From the IMG/VR virus record IMGVR_UViG_3300010344_001272, positions 11,046 through 75,045 of that record: a stretch of DNA of 64,000 nt, one strand, 5' to 3'. This stretch comes from a virus (Duplodnaviria; Heunggongvirae; Uroviricota; Caudoviricetes). Made by a program: the position numbers and the translations under genes. The notes beneath the pieces are model-generated. The model was not told the DNA's origin, searched no databases, and saw only the letters and a program-made list of their open reading frames with translations. This document shows positions 35,427 through 45,106 of this stretch, in pieces (the first letter of the stretch is position 1; every line of letters begins with the position of its first letter).

Positions 35427-36488
35427 ATGAAAATCATACTATCTATGGACGGCGGCGGAATACGAGGAATCGTTCCTGCCGCCGTCCTTGCTTATCTTGA
35501 GAATAGAATTCAAGAAATGATGAATGATAACAGAATTCGACTAGTTAATTTAGTTGATTTTGTTGCAGGCACGTCAACGGGTTCCATCATCGGCGGATTA
35601 ATGTTAATTCCTGGCACAGTAAAAAATCAATATGTTGTTCCTATGTACACGATGTGGGAAATTGTACAAATGTATTTTGAATTTGGTGGTGCTGTATTTA
35701 AGAAAAATGATTTATGGTATTATATAAGAACTATGTGGGGATTATTAGGCCCCAAATTTCCTGAGAGAAACATAGAGACACCTTTGCTACAATATATGGA
35801 TCACTATAAATTAAAGGATTTATTAAAACCTTGCATGTTTAGTGGTTATGATATAGATAAAAGAAAAGCAATATTTTATACAAACTCAGATGAACGTCAA
35901 GAATATGCTGATTATTATTTAAAAGATGTTGTTAGAGGTTCTACTTCTATTCCATCTATATTTTCTCCAGCTTATTTTAATGAAGGAATTAATATTAATA
36001 CTATTGTTGATGGCGGTACTTTTGCAAATAATCCTTCATTAGCAGCATATATTGAAGTTTCAAAAACAATATTTAAAGGAGAAAATAAACCTAAAAAACA
36101 TAGTGTAAAAGATGTGTTAGTAATTTCTTTAGGAACAGGAAGTTATTCTAAAAAACCATATACCTTCAGCAAAACTAAAAGATGGGGAAAAGCCCAATGG
36201 ATTGTTCCCGCTTTAGATGTTATGACTTCTTCACATTCTGAAGTTACAAATTATGAGATGGAAAAAATATTTGCTGCAAATGATTCTTCTCAAAATTATA
36301 TAAGATTAAACCCACCAATAGTATTAGGTTCTACTAATGCGCTAGACGCGTCTAAAGAAAACTTATCTAAACTGTTAAAAGACGCTCAAAACTATACAAA
36401 AGAAAATAAGGAGATGCTAGATGATTTGGCACAAAAAATTTGTCGAATAAAATGTCTGCATAATTGGAAAGAAGAAGACCTCGATTGA
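35427..36488 (+). CDS. patatin-like phospholipase
   Basis: DGGGIRG oxyanion motif, GTSTGS nucleophile elbow, DGG catalytic Asp motif. Confidence 0.75.
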   Translation: MKIILSMDGGGIRGIVPAAVLAYLENRIQEMMNDNRIRLVNLVDFVAGTSTGSIIGGLMLIPGTVKNQYVVPMYTMWEIVQMYFEFGGAVFKKNDLWYYIRTMWGLLGPKFPERNIETPLLQYMDHYKLKDLLKPCMFSGYDIDKRKAIFYTNSDERQEYADYYLKDVVRGSTSIPSIFSPAYFNEGININTIVDGGTFANNPSLAAYIEVSKTIFKGENKPKKHSVKDVLVISLGTGSYSKKPYTFSKTKRWGKAQWIVPALDVMTSSHSEVTNYEMEKIFAANDSSQNYIRLNPPIVLGSTNALDASKENLSKLLKDAQNYTKENKEMLDDLAQKICRIKCLHNWKEEDLD

Positions 36489-36503
36489 GGTCTTTTTTAT
36501 TTT
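36475..36503 (+). terminator. Rho-independent terminator
   Basis: AGACCTC gatt GAGGTCT followed by TTTTTTATTTTT. Confidence 0.6.
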
Positions 36504-36635
36504 TAACAATCTCTTAACATTCATACATTAATTAAATGTTTATATATCAATTAGATATATAACCTATTTATTATCAATTCTTTCAAAATCCAATTTTTAC
36601 TGCAATATGTTCATTTTTCACTGCCGAAGGAGCTC

Positions 36636-36654
36636 TATATATAATAAAAAACTC
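36636..36654 (+). promoter_or_regulatory. T4-late-like promoter motif CTATATATAATAAAAAACT
   Basis: 8 nt upstream of protease-scaffold gene. Confidence 0.4.
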
Positions 36655-36662
36655 TAAAAGGC

Positions 36663-39014
36663 ATGAAAAATGTATTAATACTTGAGAGATCAAGTGAAAA
36701 TCTTAAAAAGGTCAGCCAGAAAGGAAAGACTGTCCTTGAGGGAGTATTTGCCGAGTTTGGAGTTGAAAACAGAAATGGACGCGTATATGAGGAAAAAGAA
36801 TATCTTCCTCATTTAGAGTACTTAAAAAAGGACATTCAAGGCGGAAGTCTTTTAGGTGAACTTGACCACCCAGAAAGATTTGAAGTTGCGCTTGGTAATG
36901 TTTCACATAGAGTAACAGATTTATGGTATGATCAACAAAATCGTCAGGTTAAAGGTCGTATCGAAATTCTTGAAGGAACGCCTAAGGGACAGATTGCAAA
37001 ATCTCTTCTCGATTCTGGAGTTCCTCTTTCTATTTCTTCACGTGCTGCGGGTACAGTAAATGAAGACAAAACTGTTTCTATTCAGCAGATTTATACCTAT
37101 GACTTAGTTGCTAAGCCAGGTTTCGAAAAAGCTCAATTGGAAACTGTTAACGAAAGTGCAAGAGCAAGAATTGAAAATCAAATAAGACAATTAAACGAGT
37201 CCTATAGTAAGTTTGAAAAAGATCACAACGATCTTAAGCCCGAACTAGGTATCATGAATGAACACGTTTCTATCTATGACTTAACAGACAAGTACCCAGC
37301 TGTGAAACTTAGAGAAGAAGCAAAAGAACTTGTTAAAAATAAAAGCGAGAAAACGATGAATGAAAAAGTAAATGAAGAAAATGTTCAGCAATGGACTGTT
37401 TACTTTAAAAACGAACTTAGCAAAGCACAAGACAGATTAACCGCTATTGAAAATGCTATTCTTGAAGGTGGATCAGTAAAAGAATTAAAAGCTCTTAGAG
37501 AGTATGTTGATGAATTACGTAAGCTTCAGGAAAAACATCAGAAGTGGACTGGCGATATTGCTAAAAACGTTAACAAAGTTGCCACACATTCGCAGAGTTT
37601 AGCCGAAAAGAGTAACCAACATTATAAATTGACTAAGAAGATTTCTGAAACAGTTGATTTCAATGCACAGGTTCTCAACCACACCCAGGATTGGGTTGGA
37701 AATAACGCTAAAGTTACGAATGCAATTGCTGAAACTGTTGACCACAATGCTGAAATGCTTAATGGCATCAACGAATGGAACACTCAATTAGCTAAGGGTG
37801 TTAATGCTCTCCACGAATGGGGAACTGAAAAAGCAAAAGCTATTAACGAAATGCACGAGTGGACAAGCACTATTGCTAAAGGCTTGAATACCACTGCAAG
37901 TTGGTCTGAAGACATGTTCGGAAGAGCAATGTCAAAAGCTGACGCCAAGAAACTTGTTGAGTATATTGAGTTAGTTTCTGAATCTAAAGCAGATCCTAAA
38001 CTCAGAGAAAAACTCGACGAAATTCTTTCAACTCATGGAATCACTGAAAAACCTCTATCAGAATCTATGTTAACTAGCATTGCAGGTGTAAAAGGACTTG
38101 GTGTTATCACCGATGTTAAAACAACTGGTAATGAAAAAGTTGATACTGAAGCTGGAAAAGACAAGAATGTAAAATTCGATGGAAAAATCATTGTTGCTAA
38201 AACCGGTAAAGGTTCAAAAGTAGGTGGTCAGAAACCGAAAGAATTAAATACTAAAGAAACAGCAATTCCTGTTCAAAATACTACTGGACAGAAATTAGGT
38301 GCTACTGGTAAAACCAAAGGTGTTATGGTACTTGATACTACTAAAACCGCTGGAGCCAGACCTACTGTTAAGATAACTGGAGATGGTCCTTCTCCTGCAA
38401 TTGTAAAGGGCCAGAATTTAAAATTAGACACTAAGCCAGTTGGTAAACTTAAGGAGTCCTTCAGCGGATCTTCGGAAGTTTCAACTAGACGTTCTAAATT
38501 AGATGAAAAGCTAGGTGCAATCATCGCTGATCTTGAAAAAGAGAAGAAGGCTGATGACGATTCAGTTAAGCTTTTTCCATTCTTAGGACTTCTTAGCGAA
38601 AGCGAAAGAAAAGAATTTAGAGCTCTAGACTCAGCTAATAAAGAAAAAGTTGCGCAAGAAGTAGCGAAAAATCCTACCACTGATAGCGGTGTTATTCGTA
38701 AGTTATGGGAATCAGCTTTAGCAAATCCTACAAGCACTGAGCCTTTATGGAAGAAAGCAGCTCCTGCGAAATTCAAAGAACTTTATGAAAGTGCTTCTGA
38801 CGTTCAAAAGGCTGCAATAGATGCTAGAGCAGAATTCTATACTCTCGATACACAATATCAAATTAATAACTTCTGGGAAACTTCAGGATTAGTAACCAGA
38901 CCTACACTATCTCTTAATGAGGTTGTAACTGCTAAAACTCCTGAGGAATCAGACAAGAAGTTAGACACCTTTGTTGCATCCGTTGGTGAAGCAATGAAGA
39001 GATACAACAAATAA
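36663..39014 (+). CDS. T4 gp21-like prohead core protease fused to scaffolding protein (gp22-like) with internal 14-aa tandem repeats
   Basis: N-terminal LGELDHPERFE block as in gp21 proteases; long coiled-coil; repeats such as INEWNTQLAKGVNA / LHEWGTEKAKAINE / MHEWTSTIAKGLNT; gene order protease-scaffold-capsid. Confidence 0.6.
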   Translation: MKNVLILERSSENLKKVSQKGKTVLEGVFAEFGVENRNGRVYEEKEYLPHLEYLKKDIQGGSLLGELDHPERFEVALGNVSHRVTDLWYDQQNRQVKGRIEILEGTPKGQIAKSLLDSGVPLSISSRAAGTVNEDKTVSIQQIYTYDLVAKPGFEKAQLETVNESARARIENQIRQLNESYSKFEKDHNDLKPELGIMNEHVSIYDLTDKYPAVKLREEAKELVKNKSEKTMNEKVNEENVQQWTVYFKNELSKAQDRLTAIENAILEGGSVKELKALREYVDELRKLQEKHQKWTGDIAKNVNKVATHSQSLAEKSNQHYKLTKKISETVDFNAQVLNHTQDWVGNNAKVTNAIAETVDHNAEMLNGINEWNTQLAKGVNALHEWGTEKAKAINEMHEWTSTIAKGLNTTASWSEDMFGRAMSKADAKKLVEYIELVSESKADPKLREKLDEILSTHGITEKPLSESMLTSIAGVKGLGVITDVKTTGNEKVDTEAGKDKNVKFDGKIIVAKTGKGSKVGGQKPKELNTKETAIPVQNTTGQKLGATGKTKGVMVLDTTKTAGARPTVKITGDGPSPAIVKGQNLKLDTKPVGKLKESFSGSSEVSTRRSKLDEKLGAIIADLEKEKKADDDSVKLFPFLGLLSESERKEFRALDSANKEKVAQEVAKNPTTDSGVIRKLWESALANPTSTEPLWKKAAPAKFKELYESASDVQKAAIDARAEFYTLDTQYQINNFWETSGLVTRPTLSLNEVVTAKTPEESDKKLDTFVASVGEAMKRYNK

Positions 39015-39094
39015 TTTTCTGCACTACGTTATAAAAGTGCCGAAATGGTAAAAAATAAATAGATAAAATAAAAATTAAAATTAATTAAAAGATC

Positions 39095-40852
39095 ATGAAT
39101 CATCTTAATGAACAACAAATTGAGCAAAAATGGTCTCCAATGGTAGAACAAGTTACAGGGATCAAAGATAAATCAAAACTATCTTGGATTTCTAAATACG
39201 CACACTTTCACGCATTAAACGAAGCTGCTATGGGTGGTGTTTACACTCCTTATGCAACTCTTTATAATGTTCCAGGTGTTGGTAACGCAGTTCCAGCTTC
39301 TCAAGCTGCAACAACTGGTAACCAGTTCTATCAAGCCGCAACCAAAGGTTCCGGAGACAAATGGCCTGCACTTCTTCCTATGTCACTTCAGGTGGCTGCA
39401 AGAACGATAGGTTTCGACATTGTGAACGTAGTTCCTATGCCAGGTCCAACAGGAGTTATCTCTTATTTGGATTATGTTTATGCTGGTGGCAAGCAGCCTT
39501 ATGGCGCACAGCCTGCAAATAGCCCAGCTAATGCTAACCCACCTCACAATGGTGCTTATGATCCAGCTTGGAAGGCTTACGAAGCTCCTCATGCTTTCAA
39601 ACTTCAGATAGCTGACGCATCACTCAAGGCTGTTTTAACAAATGGCGCTGCTATCACCTTTACTGGTGGTCTTGGTAGTGTAGATGCTACTTACATTGGC
39701 AAATCACGTATTGATGGTTTTGCAATGTTTAAAACCGGAAAATTCACCGGTGCTACAAACTTAGGAGAAGTATTTGATGGTGTAGCTCCTGTACAAGCTG
39801 ATACATCTCTTGGAATAGTTGATGTAGAAATACTTACCTTCCCATCACTTATCTCTACTCTTGAAGATCAGGTTCAAGGATTTACTGGTGCTGGTGAATA
39901 CGACCAGGCTAATTGGGATGGTACTTTCGTAGATGGTACTAAACTTTATGAGCCTATGGAACGTGGTGTTGGTGAAATGAAATACCCAAGAGCCCTTGGT
40001 TTACAGGTATTCACCAAATTCGTTCAGGTTGGAACTTACCAAGTATCTGTTTCTGTAACTCAGGAACAAATTCAAGACCTTAACAAACAGTGGGGTATTG
40101 ATGTTATCGCAATGGTTGAAAACGCTGGTATCAACGAAATTAGCCAGAGCATTAACAAGCACATCCTCTCAAGAGCATTTGGTCTTGGTTGGAAAAACCA
40201 CATCAGAGCTAACGAAGTTGAAGGTATGAACTTCAACCTTAGAACTGACAACGCAGCTGACGGTGTAACTCCTGCATTCGCTTATCCAGATGCAGCTGGT
40301 ACTTCAACCGCTCCTGTAACCGCTACAATGTTACTTCCTGGCTTCAAAGCTGTTCCAGTTGCCGCTACTACTACCTTCGAAAACGAAGATACAGCTATCA
40401 AGAGAATTATGGCTCGTATAATGGCAGCAGGTAACGCAGTTGCACAAAGAGGTCGTAGAGGTCCTGCTAACTTTATTGTTACCAACATTAAAATAGCTAC
40501 CGCTCTCCAGGTAAATGCACAGTACGCATTCTCACCATTAGCAAACACTTTCAATCAAACTAACGGTTCACTTTATCCACTCGGAACCATCGGCGGAATG
40601 ACATTATATGTTGATCCTAACATGATTTACGAAGATACTAGAGTTCTTGTTGGACGTAAAGGTGCTGCTGATGAACCAGGTATCGTATTCTGCCCATACT
40701 TAATGGCTGAATCAGTTAAGCTTATCACTGAAGGTACAGGTGCTCCTAAAGTTATCATCAAATCAAGATACGCTCTTGTTGATGCTGGCTGGCATCCTGA
40801 AACGCAATATTTGACCTTGTATATTCGCACAAGTCCAGGTGCTCTTATTTAA
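39095..40852 (+). CDS. major capsid protein, T4 gp23 family
   Basis: VNVVPMPGPTGVISYLDYVYAGG aligns with T4 gp23 core; follows protease-scaffold gene; 585 aa. Confidence 0.75.
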   Translation: MNHLNEQQIEQKWSPMVEQVTGIKDKSKLSWISKYAHFHALNEAAMGGVYTPYATLYNVPGVGNAVPASQAATTGNQFYQAATKGSGDKWPALLPMSLQVAARTIGFDIVNVVPMPGPTGVISYLDYVYAGGKQPYGAQPANSPANANPPHNGAYDPAWKAYEAPHAFKLQIADASLKAVLTNGAAITFTGGLGSVDATYIGKSRIDGFAMFKTGKFTGATNLGEVFDGVAPVQADTSLGIVDVEILTFPSLISTLEDQVQGFTGAGEYDQANWDGTFVDGTKLYEPMERGVGEMKYPRALGLQVFTKFVQVGTYQVSVSVTQEQIQDLNKQWGIDVIAMVENAGINEISQSINKHILSRAFGLGWKNHIRANEVEGMNFNLRTDNAADGVTPAFAYPDAAGTSTAPVTATMLLPGFKAVPVAATTTFENEDTAIKRIMARIMAAGNAVAQRGRRGPANFIVTNIKIATALQVNAQYAFSPLANTFNQTNGSLYPLGTIGGMTLYVDPNMIYEDTRVLVGRKGAADEPGIVFCPYLMAESVKLITEGTGAPKVIIKSRYALVDAGWHPETQYLTLYIRTSPGALI

Positions 40853-40868
40853 TGTCAAATTAAAAAAT

Positions 40869-40898
40869 AAAGAGGGGTAATCTTACCCCTCTTTTTGT
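40869..40898. terminator. bidirectional Rho-independent terminator between convergent capsid and endonuclease genes
   Basis: AGAGGGGTA atct TACCCCTCT flanked by A-run and T-run. Confidence 0.6.
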
Positions 40899-41692
40899 TT
40901 GTAATGGTTTTTAAGTCCTTGAGATATTTTTAGTTTAGTTTCTTCAGAATGATTATACCCTTTTCTTGAAATTTTCCATTTTTCGATAGTTTCTTTAGAA
41001 ATATTTTTTCCTCGATGGGCATTTCCAATTTTTTCTTTATGTTCCTTTGTAAAAACTCGATTTTTAAGTTTTTCTTTAAATTCTTTCGATCTTTTTATAC
41101 CCCTTCCTTTTTTACTTATTTTTATTTTAGTTTCTTCCGGCGTGATTTTTCCTAATCTACTTACTCGAAGCTTTTTAATAAATTCATCATATCTTTTTTG
41201 TCCTTCTTCTTCACCATATTTTTGCACTAATAATTCTAATCTTGTTTTGCCTTTTCTCTCTTTTAACTTATTAATATAATCTTCATATCTATTCTTTCCT
41301 TCTATTTCTCCATATCTATTAATATAATGATCCAAATTACTTTTTCCTTTCATTACATTTTTTAAATGCTCTTTAGTTTCTAGAGTATGATGATAACCTC
41401 GAATAGTTCCCCCACCAGAAGTCATATTATATCCACTTTTTAAGGTGTCATAAAAATCTATCCAAAAAATTTCTCGATTATCTAAATAATCAACCGCCAC
41501 GTTATTTTCAATAATTTCCCATTTAAAATTTCTTTTTCCGTATTTTCTTAAAGCTTCATGAAATCTAGATTGAGAATTAAATTTAAAGGCAGCAGAAAAA
41601 TGTTTTGCTTTACGATAATTCAATTGAGTAATGCATTGCCCAATATATTTTTTACCATTAATTTTATTTTCAACTAAATATATAAGTCCCAT
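40883..41692 (-). CDS. GIY-YIG homing endonuclease with repeated NUMOD-like DNA-binding modules
   Basis: GLIYLVENKINGKKYIGQ ... KWEIIE GIY-YIG core then several repeats of the E(E/T)KxKIS...KG type. Confidence 0.7.
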   Translation of the reverse strand: MGLIYLVENKINGKKYIGQCITQLNYRKAKHFSAAFKFNSQSRFHEALRKYGKRNFKWEIIENNVAVDYLDNREIFWIDFYDTLKSGYNMTSGGGTIRGYHHTLETKEHLKNVMKGKSNLDHYINRYGEIEGKNRYEDYINKLKERKGKTRLELLVQKYGEEEGQKRYDEFIKKLRVSRLGKITPEETKIKISKKGRGIKRSKEFKEKLKNRVFTKEHKEKIGNAHRGKNISKETIEKWKISRKGYNHSEETKLKISQGLKNHYKQKEG

Positions 41693-41695
41693 TAT

Positions 41696-42040
41696 TCAAT
41701 TTTGAGTCCCTTTTTTATTAAGATAATTTCGAATATTTAGTTCTCGTAATTCTAGAATTTCCGATGATATTGAGTTCATTATATCATTTGTACCACTCCA
41801 CCATTTGGTATAAAGCATATAACGATGGTGTTCATTATCTAATTCTAAATAAGGAATAGCTATGCATTTTTTAGAAGTTGTTGTTTTCTCTTTTAACAAT
41901 TCATTTCGAACATCTCTTTTTATTTCTTGAATTGAATAGCAGGACGCTAATTCTCCATATCCATATCTATACTCATTATCTATAAGATATTTAAACAAAA
42001 AATCTACATTCTGTAAATTTAAAATAAAATATGTTTTCAT
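41696..42040 (-). CDS. hypothetical protein
   Basis: 114-aa ORF. Confidence 0.3.
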   Translation of the reverse strand: MKTYFILNLQNVDFLFKYLIDNEYRYGYGELASCYSIQEIKRDVRNELLKEKTTTSKKCIAIPYLELDNEHHRYMLYTKWWSGTNDIMNSISSEILELRELNIRNYLNKKGTQN

Positions 42041-42044
42041 TTTT

Positions 42045-43001
42045 TCAATTTAAAGCGTTTATTCCAAGCTTAAGTTTTTGGTAAAAAGGAGGGGGGGTTT
42101 TTTCCCAACGATTGTGCCAATGATACGCATAAATTTCTTTTGGTAAATTTAATTCTTCTTGTTGAAAAAATTCATCCCAGTTTTGAAAAGAAACAAATTC
42201 ATTTGGCCCTTGCCAATGAATATCAAAAAATGTTGATGGAATTATAGTCAAATCAATATCATTTTCTAATTTAAAGGATGATGTAGGATAAAATGTTTTA
42301 GGATAATTTTTAAATTTTTGAATTAAATCATGCCCCTTTTCTAATTTTAAGATAGCTGCATTTCCACAAGGATCTGTTCCCCACTGAGAAACAAACCTTT
42401 TCATCTTAATAGAATCAAAATTTCTTAAAAACAAAATATCCATATCAAACCATACTCCGCCATAAAGATATAATGTAACAAATCTAATAATATCTGAGGC
42501 ATATGCTAGATCGGCTTTATAATTTTTTTCATTTTCTTGAATTATTAAATAAGCTAATTCATCATCTGATTTATTAGGGTATATTTTTTTATATTCTTCA
42601 AATTGATATATGTTTACAGATTTAAAGTTAACTTGCATAGAATAAATAGAATAGAACAATGAAGCACCAGCTTCTTTAAAATGTTCATATGTCACTTCTT
42701 GTAATTTAATCCTATCTTTAAATAGTCTCTTTATCTTTATCCATGAATATGATCCCTGAACCTCCAGAAGGTTGGGGGTCCAAAATAAAACTGTACAATT
42801 GGGATGTGTTTCATTTAAAGATTCTAGACACATTAAATGAAGATCTGAAACTGATCCTTTCCAAAAACAATGAAAATATTGTATTGGTTCTACATCTTCA
42901 TTTCCTATTTGTGGATTGTTTCGAAGATATTCTAAAATAAATGGAACATCATTGTATTTTTCAAACGATATATCTGGGAGTAATTTCATTTTTCTTAGCA
43001 A
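42045..43001 (-). CDS. glycosyltransferase, GT32-like (DxD sugar transferase)
   Basis: YASDIIRFVTLYLYGGVWFDMD resembles GT32 family core. Confidence 0.5.
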   Translation of the reverse strand: MLRKMKLLPDISFEKYNDVPFILEYLRNNPQIGNEDVEPIQYFHCFWKGSVSDLHLMCLESLNETHPNCTVLFWTPNLLEVQGSYSWIKIKRLFKDRIKLQEVTYEHFKEAGASLFYSIYSMQVNFKSVNIYQFEEYKKIYPNKSDDELAYLIIQENEKNYKADLAYASDIIRFVTLYLYGGVWFDMDILFLRNFDSIKMKRFVSQWGTDPCGNAAILKLEKGHDLIQKFKNYPKTFYPTSSFKLENDIDLTIIPSTFFDIHWQGPNEFVSFQNWDEFFQQEELNLPKEIYAYHWHNRWEKTPPPFYQKLKLGINALN

Positions 43002-43569
43002 TTATACATTGTGTTTTTTGATTTTTATTTGTGTCATACTGATTTACAACATTCAAATATTGACCGATATATTCTCTTAATTCTGATGATGACCACTCTC
43101 TTGCGTGTGCGTCATTTTTTGGTGGTCCATTTTGAGATAACTCTAGATTATCTCTATTAGGTGTTGAAATAATTAAATATTCAAAATTAATTTTTTCAAT
43201 ATATTTCATCATTTCATCTGGGTCATTTAGATGTTCTAGTACATCCGCTAAAATAACTACTCCAAATTTTTCTTTCGGAGGAATATTTGTTTTAATTTCC
43301 CATTTCTTCTCCGGATATTTTTCTATCAAAAACTTATAAGTTTCCTCTAATTCAATTCCTAAAGTATCAAATTCTTTAAAAATATTGACTAATTTATATC
43401 CTGACCCACAACCAATATCAAGGACTGGCAATTTAGGAATAATAAGAGCGATTGTATGCGCTAACTCATAAACTTCGTATTGCCATTTATCAGTATTTGG
43501 AGTATCATCAAATGGTCTTGGATTGTCTCGATGAATATAATTCGATTTTATTTTATATAAACTTACCAT
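42961..43569 (-). CDS. class I SAM-dependent methyltransferase
   Basis: VLDIGCGSGYKL motif I. Confidence 0.55.
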   Translation of the reverse strand: MVSLYKIKSNYIHRDNPRPFDDTPNTDKWQYEVYELAHTIALIIPKLPVLDIGCGSGYKLVNIFKEFDTLGIELEETYKFLIEKYPEKKWEIKTNIPPKEKFGVVILADVLEHLNDPDEMMKYIEKINFEYLIISTPNRDNLELSQNGPPKNDAHAREWSSSELREYIGQYLNVVNQYDTNKNQKTQCIIAKKNEITPRYIV

Positions 43570-44219
43570 ATTTCTTTTCCTATTTTTTCCTGTTCTGGTT
43601 TATTTCTATATTGTTTATCAAAAACGACTACACTATCATATATGTGAATGCCCGTTGTGCTTTTTGTAAAATCAGTTATTACTAAATCATCAGATTGGCT
43701 AAAAAATGCGTGTAATTCATCTATTAAATTTTTAGTTAGTTCTATAAATGTATTTTTTGATTTATATCCTCCTCCGTAATGCGTCCAATAATTAGTATGT
43801 AAATCCTCACATAAATAAATTCCGCCGTTATTTACAAATGGATATAAAGTTTTAAAACTAGTTATTTGCTGATTCATTAAATGACCACCATCATCAATAA
43901 TAATATCAAAATTTTTTTCTTCATCAATAAGTTTATTTAAAAATTCAATATTTGCTTGATCGCCGATGTATATTTTTATTTGTTCATCTTCAATTTGTTT
44001 GCATTTTGAATTAATATCAACACTGATTATTTGTGCATTTTTACCAAAATATTCTTTCCACATTTTTAAAGAACCCCCTTGCCACACTCCAATTTCTAGA
44101 ATTTTGACGTTTTTACCAATAAATTTATTAAAATGTTTCTCATATATTTCAAAATAGTGAAGCCATTTGGTCATGGCATTTCTATCCTGATTGCTTTCAA
44201 AATATTCTAATAATTTCAT
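43563..44219 (-). CDS. SAM-dependent O-methyltransferase, CmcI/TylF-like
   Basis: ILEIGVWQGGSLKMW ... IIIDDGGH pattern. Confidence 0.5.
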   Translation of the reverse strand: MKLLEYFESNQDRNAMTKWLHYFEIYEKHFNKFIGKNVKILEIGVWQGGSLKMWKEYFGKNAQIISVDINSKCKQIEDEQIKIYIGDQANIEFLNKLIDEEKNFDIIIDDGGHLMNQQITSFKTLYPFVNNGGIYLCEDLHTNYWTHYGGGYKSKNTFIELTKNLIDELHAFFSQSDDLVITDFTKSTTGIHIYDSVVVFDKQYRNKPEQEKIGKEIW

Positions 44220-45106
44220 ATTGATGTTTCTATTATATTAAACCACTGTTCTATTCGATTTTTCCATAAATGCTTTTGATGTATGACATTTAAAATATGT
44301 GAAGTATCTATATGTATAAAATTTAAATTTTGTAAATTATTCATATTAAAGAATATCCCTAAATTATCGTTTTTGAGTATTTCTCTTTCTCCAATAGAAT
44401 CTTCATATAAAACAGGAAGCCCATATGATAAATAATCAAATACTTTGCCACAAGGGGAAGGTGTTCCTTCAAAACATAATCCGTAACTATGATTGTTTAT
44501 TGCTTTATATAAATCCGCATATTTTAATTGTCCTTTAAATTTAATATATTGTTCGTTGGGAACATCATCAACATCAAATGTATATAAATCAATATTTCTT
44601 TTTATTGCCTTAGAAAATTTTATAAGTTTATTAGTTTTCCCCTTTATTCTACCTATATATAGTAAGCTTCCATTATTATCAATTTTTGGCAAATTTTCTT
44701 GATAAACACATGCATTATGAATTAGATATTTATTAGTATGTTTTATCTTTTCAAATGATGGCGGATGAGCAATTCCAACCGCAACAAATTTATTCATTAT
44801 GTTCCAATCATGTGTAAAGGGCCAAATAGCACAATCTAATTGAATAAAAACAGGTTTTGTAAATAATGAAATGTCATTTTTTAATAATCTATGATATGTT
44901 TCTTCATGAAATATAAAGATGAAATCATAATTAAAGTTTGTAATGGAAGGAATTATATTGCTTTCTTTATCTACAACATGAAAATCTACATCATATCTGT
45001 CATTTAGTAATGTATAATATTCTTTTATTCTTGCAGAGTCAACATGCATGAATATATTATAATCTTTAACTAAATTAGAAAATGATAAGAATAATACTTT
45101 TTTCAT
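44216..45106 (-). CDS. glycosyltransferase, GT4-like C-terminal domain
   Basis: CFEGTPSPCGKVFDYLSYGLPVLYEDSIGEREIL resembles E...G...E...G.P GT-B donor-binding motif. Confidence 0.5.
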   Translation of the reverse strand: MKKVLFLSFSNLVKDYNIFMHVDSARIKEYYTLLNDRYDVDFHVVDKESNIIPSITNFNYDFIFIFHEETYHRLLKNDISLFTKPVFIQLDCAIWPFTHDWNIMNKFVAVGIAHPPSFEKIKHTNKYLIHNACVYQENLPKIDNNGSLLYIGRIKGKTNKLIKFSKAIKRNIDLYTFDVDDVPNEQYIKFKGQLKYADLYKAINNHSYGLCFEGTPSPCGKVFDYLSYGLPVLYEDSIGEREILKNDNLGIFFNMNNLQNLNFIHIDTSHILNVIHQKHLWKNRIEQWFNIIETSI

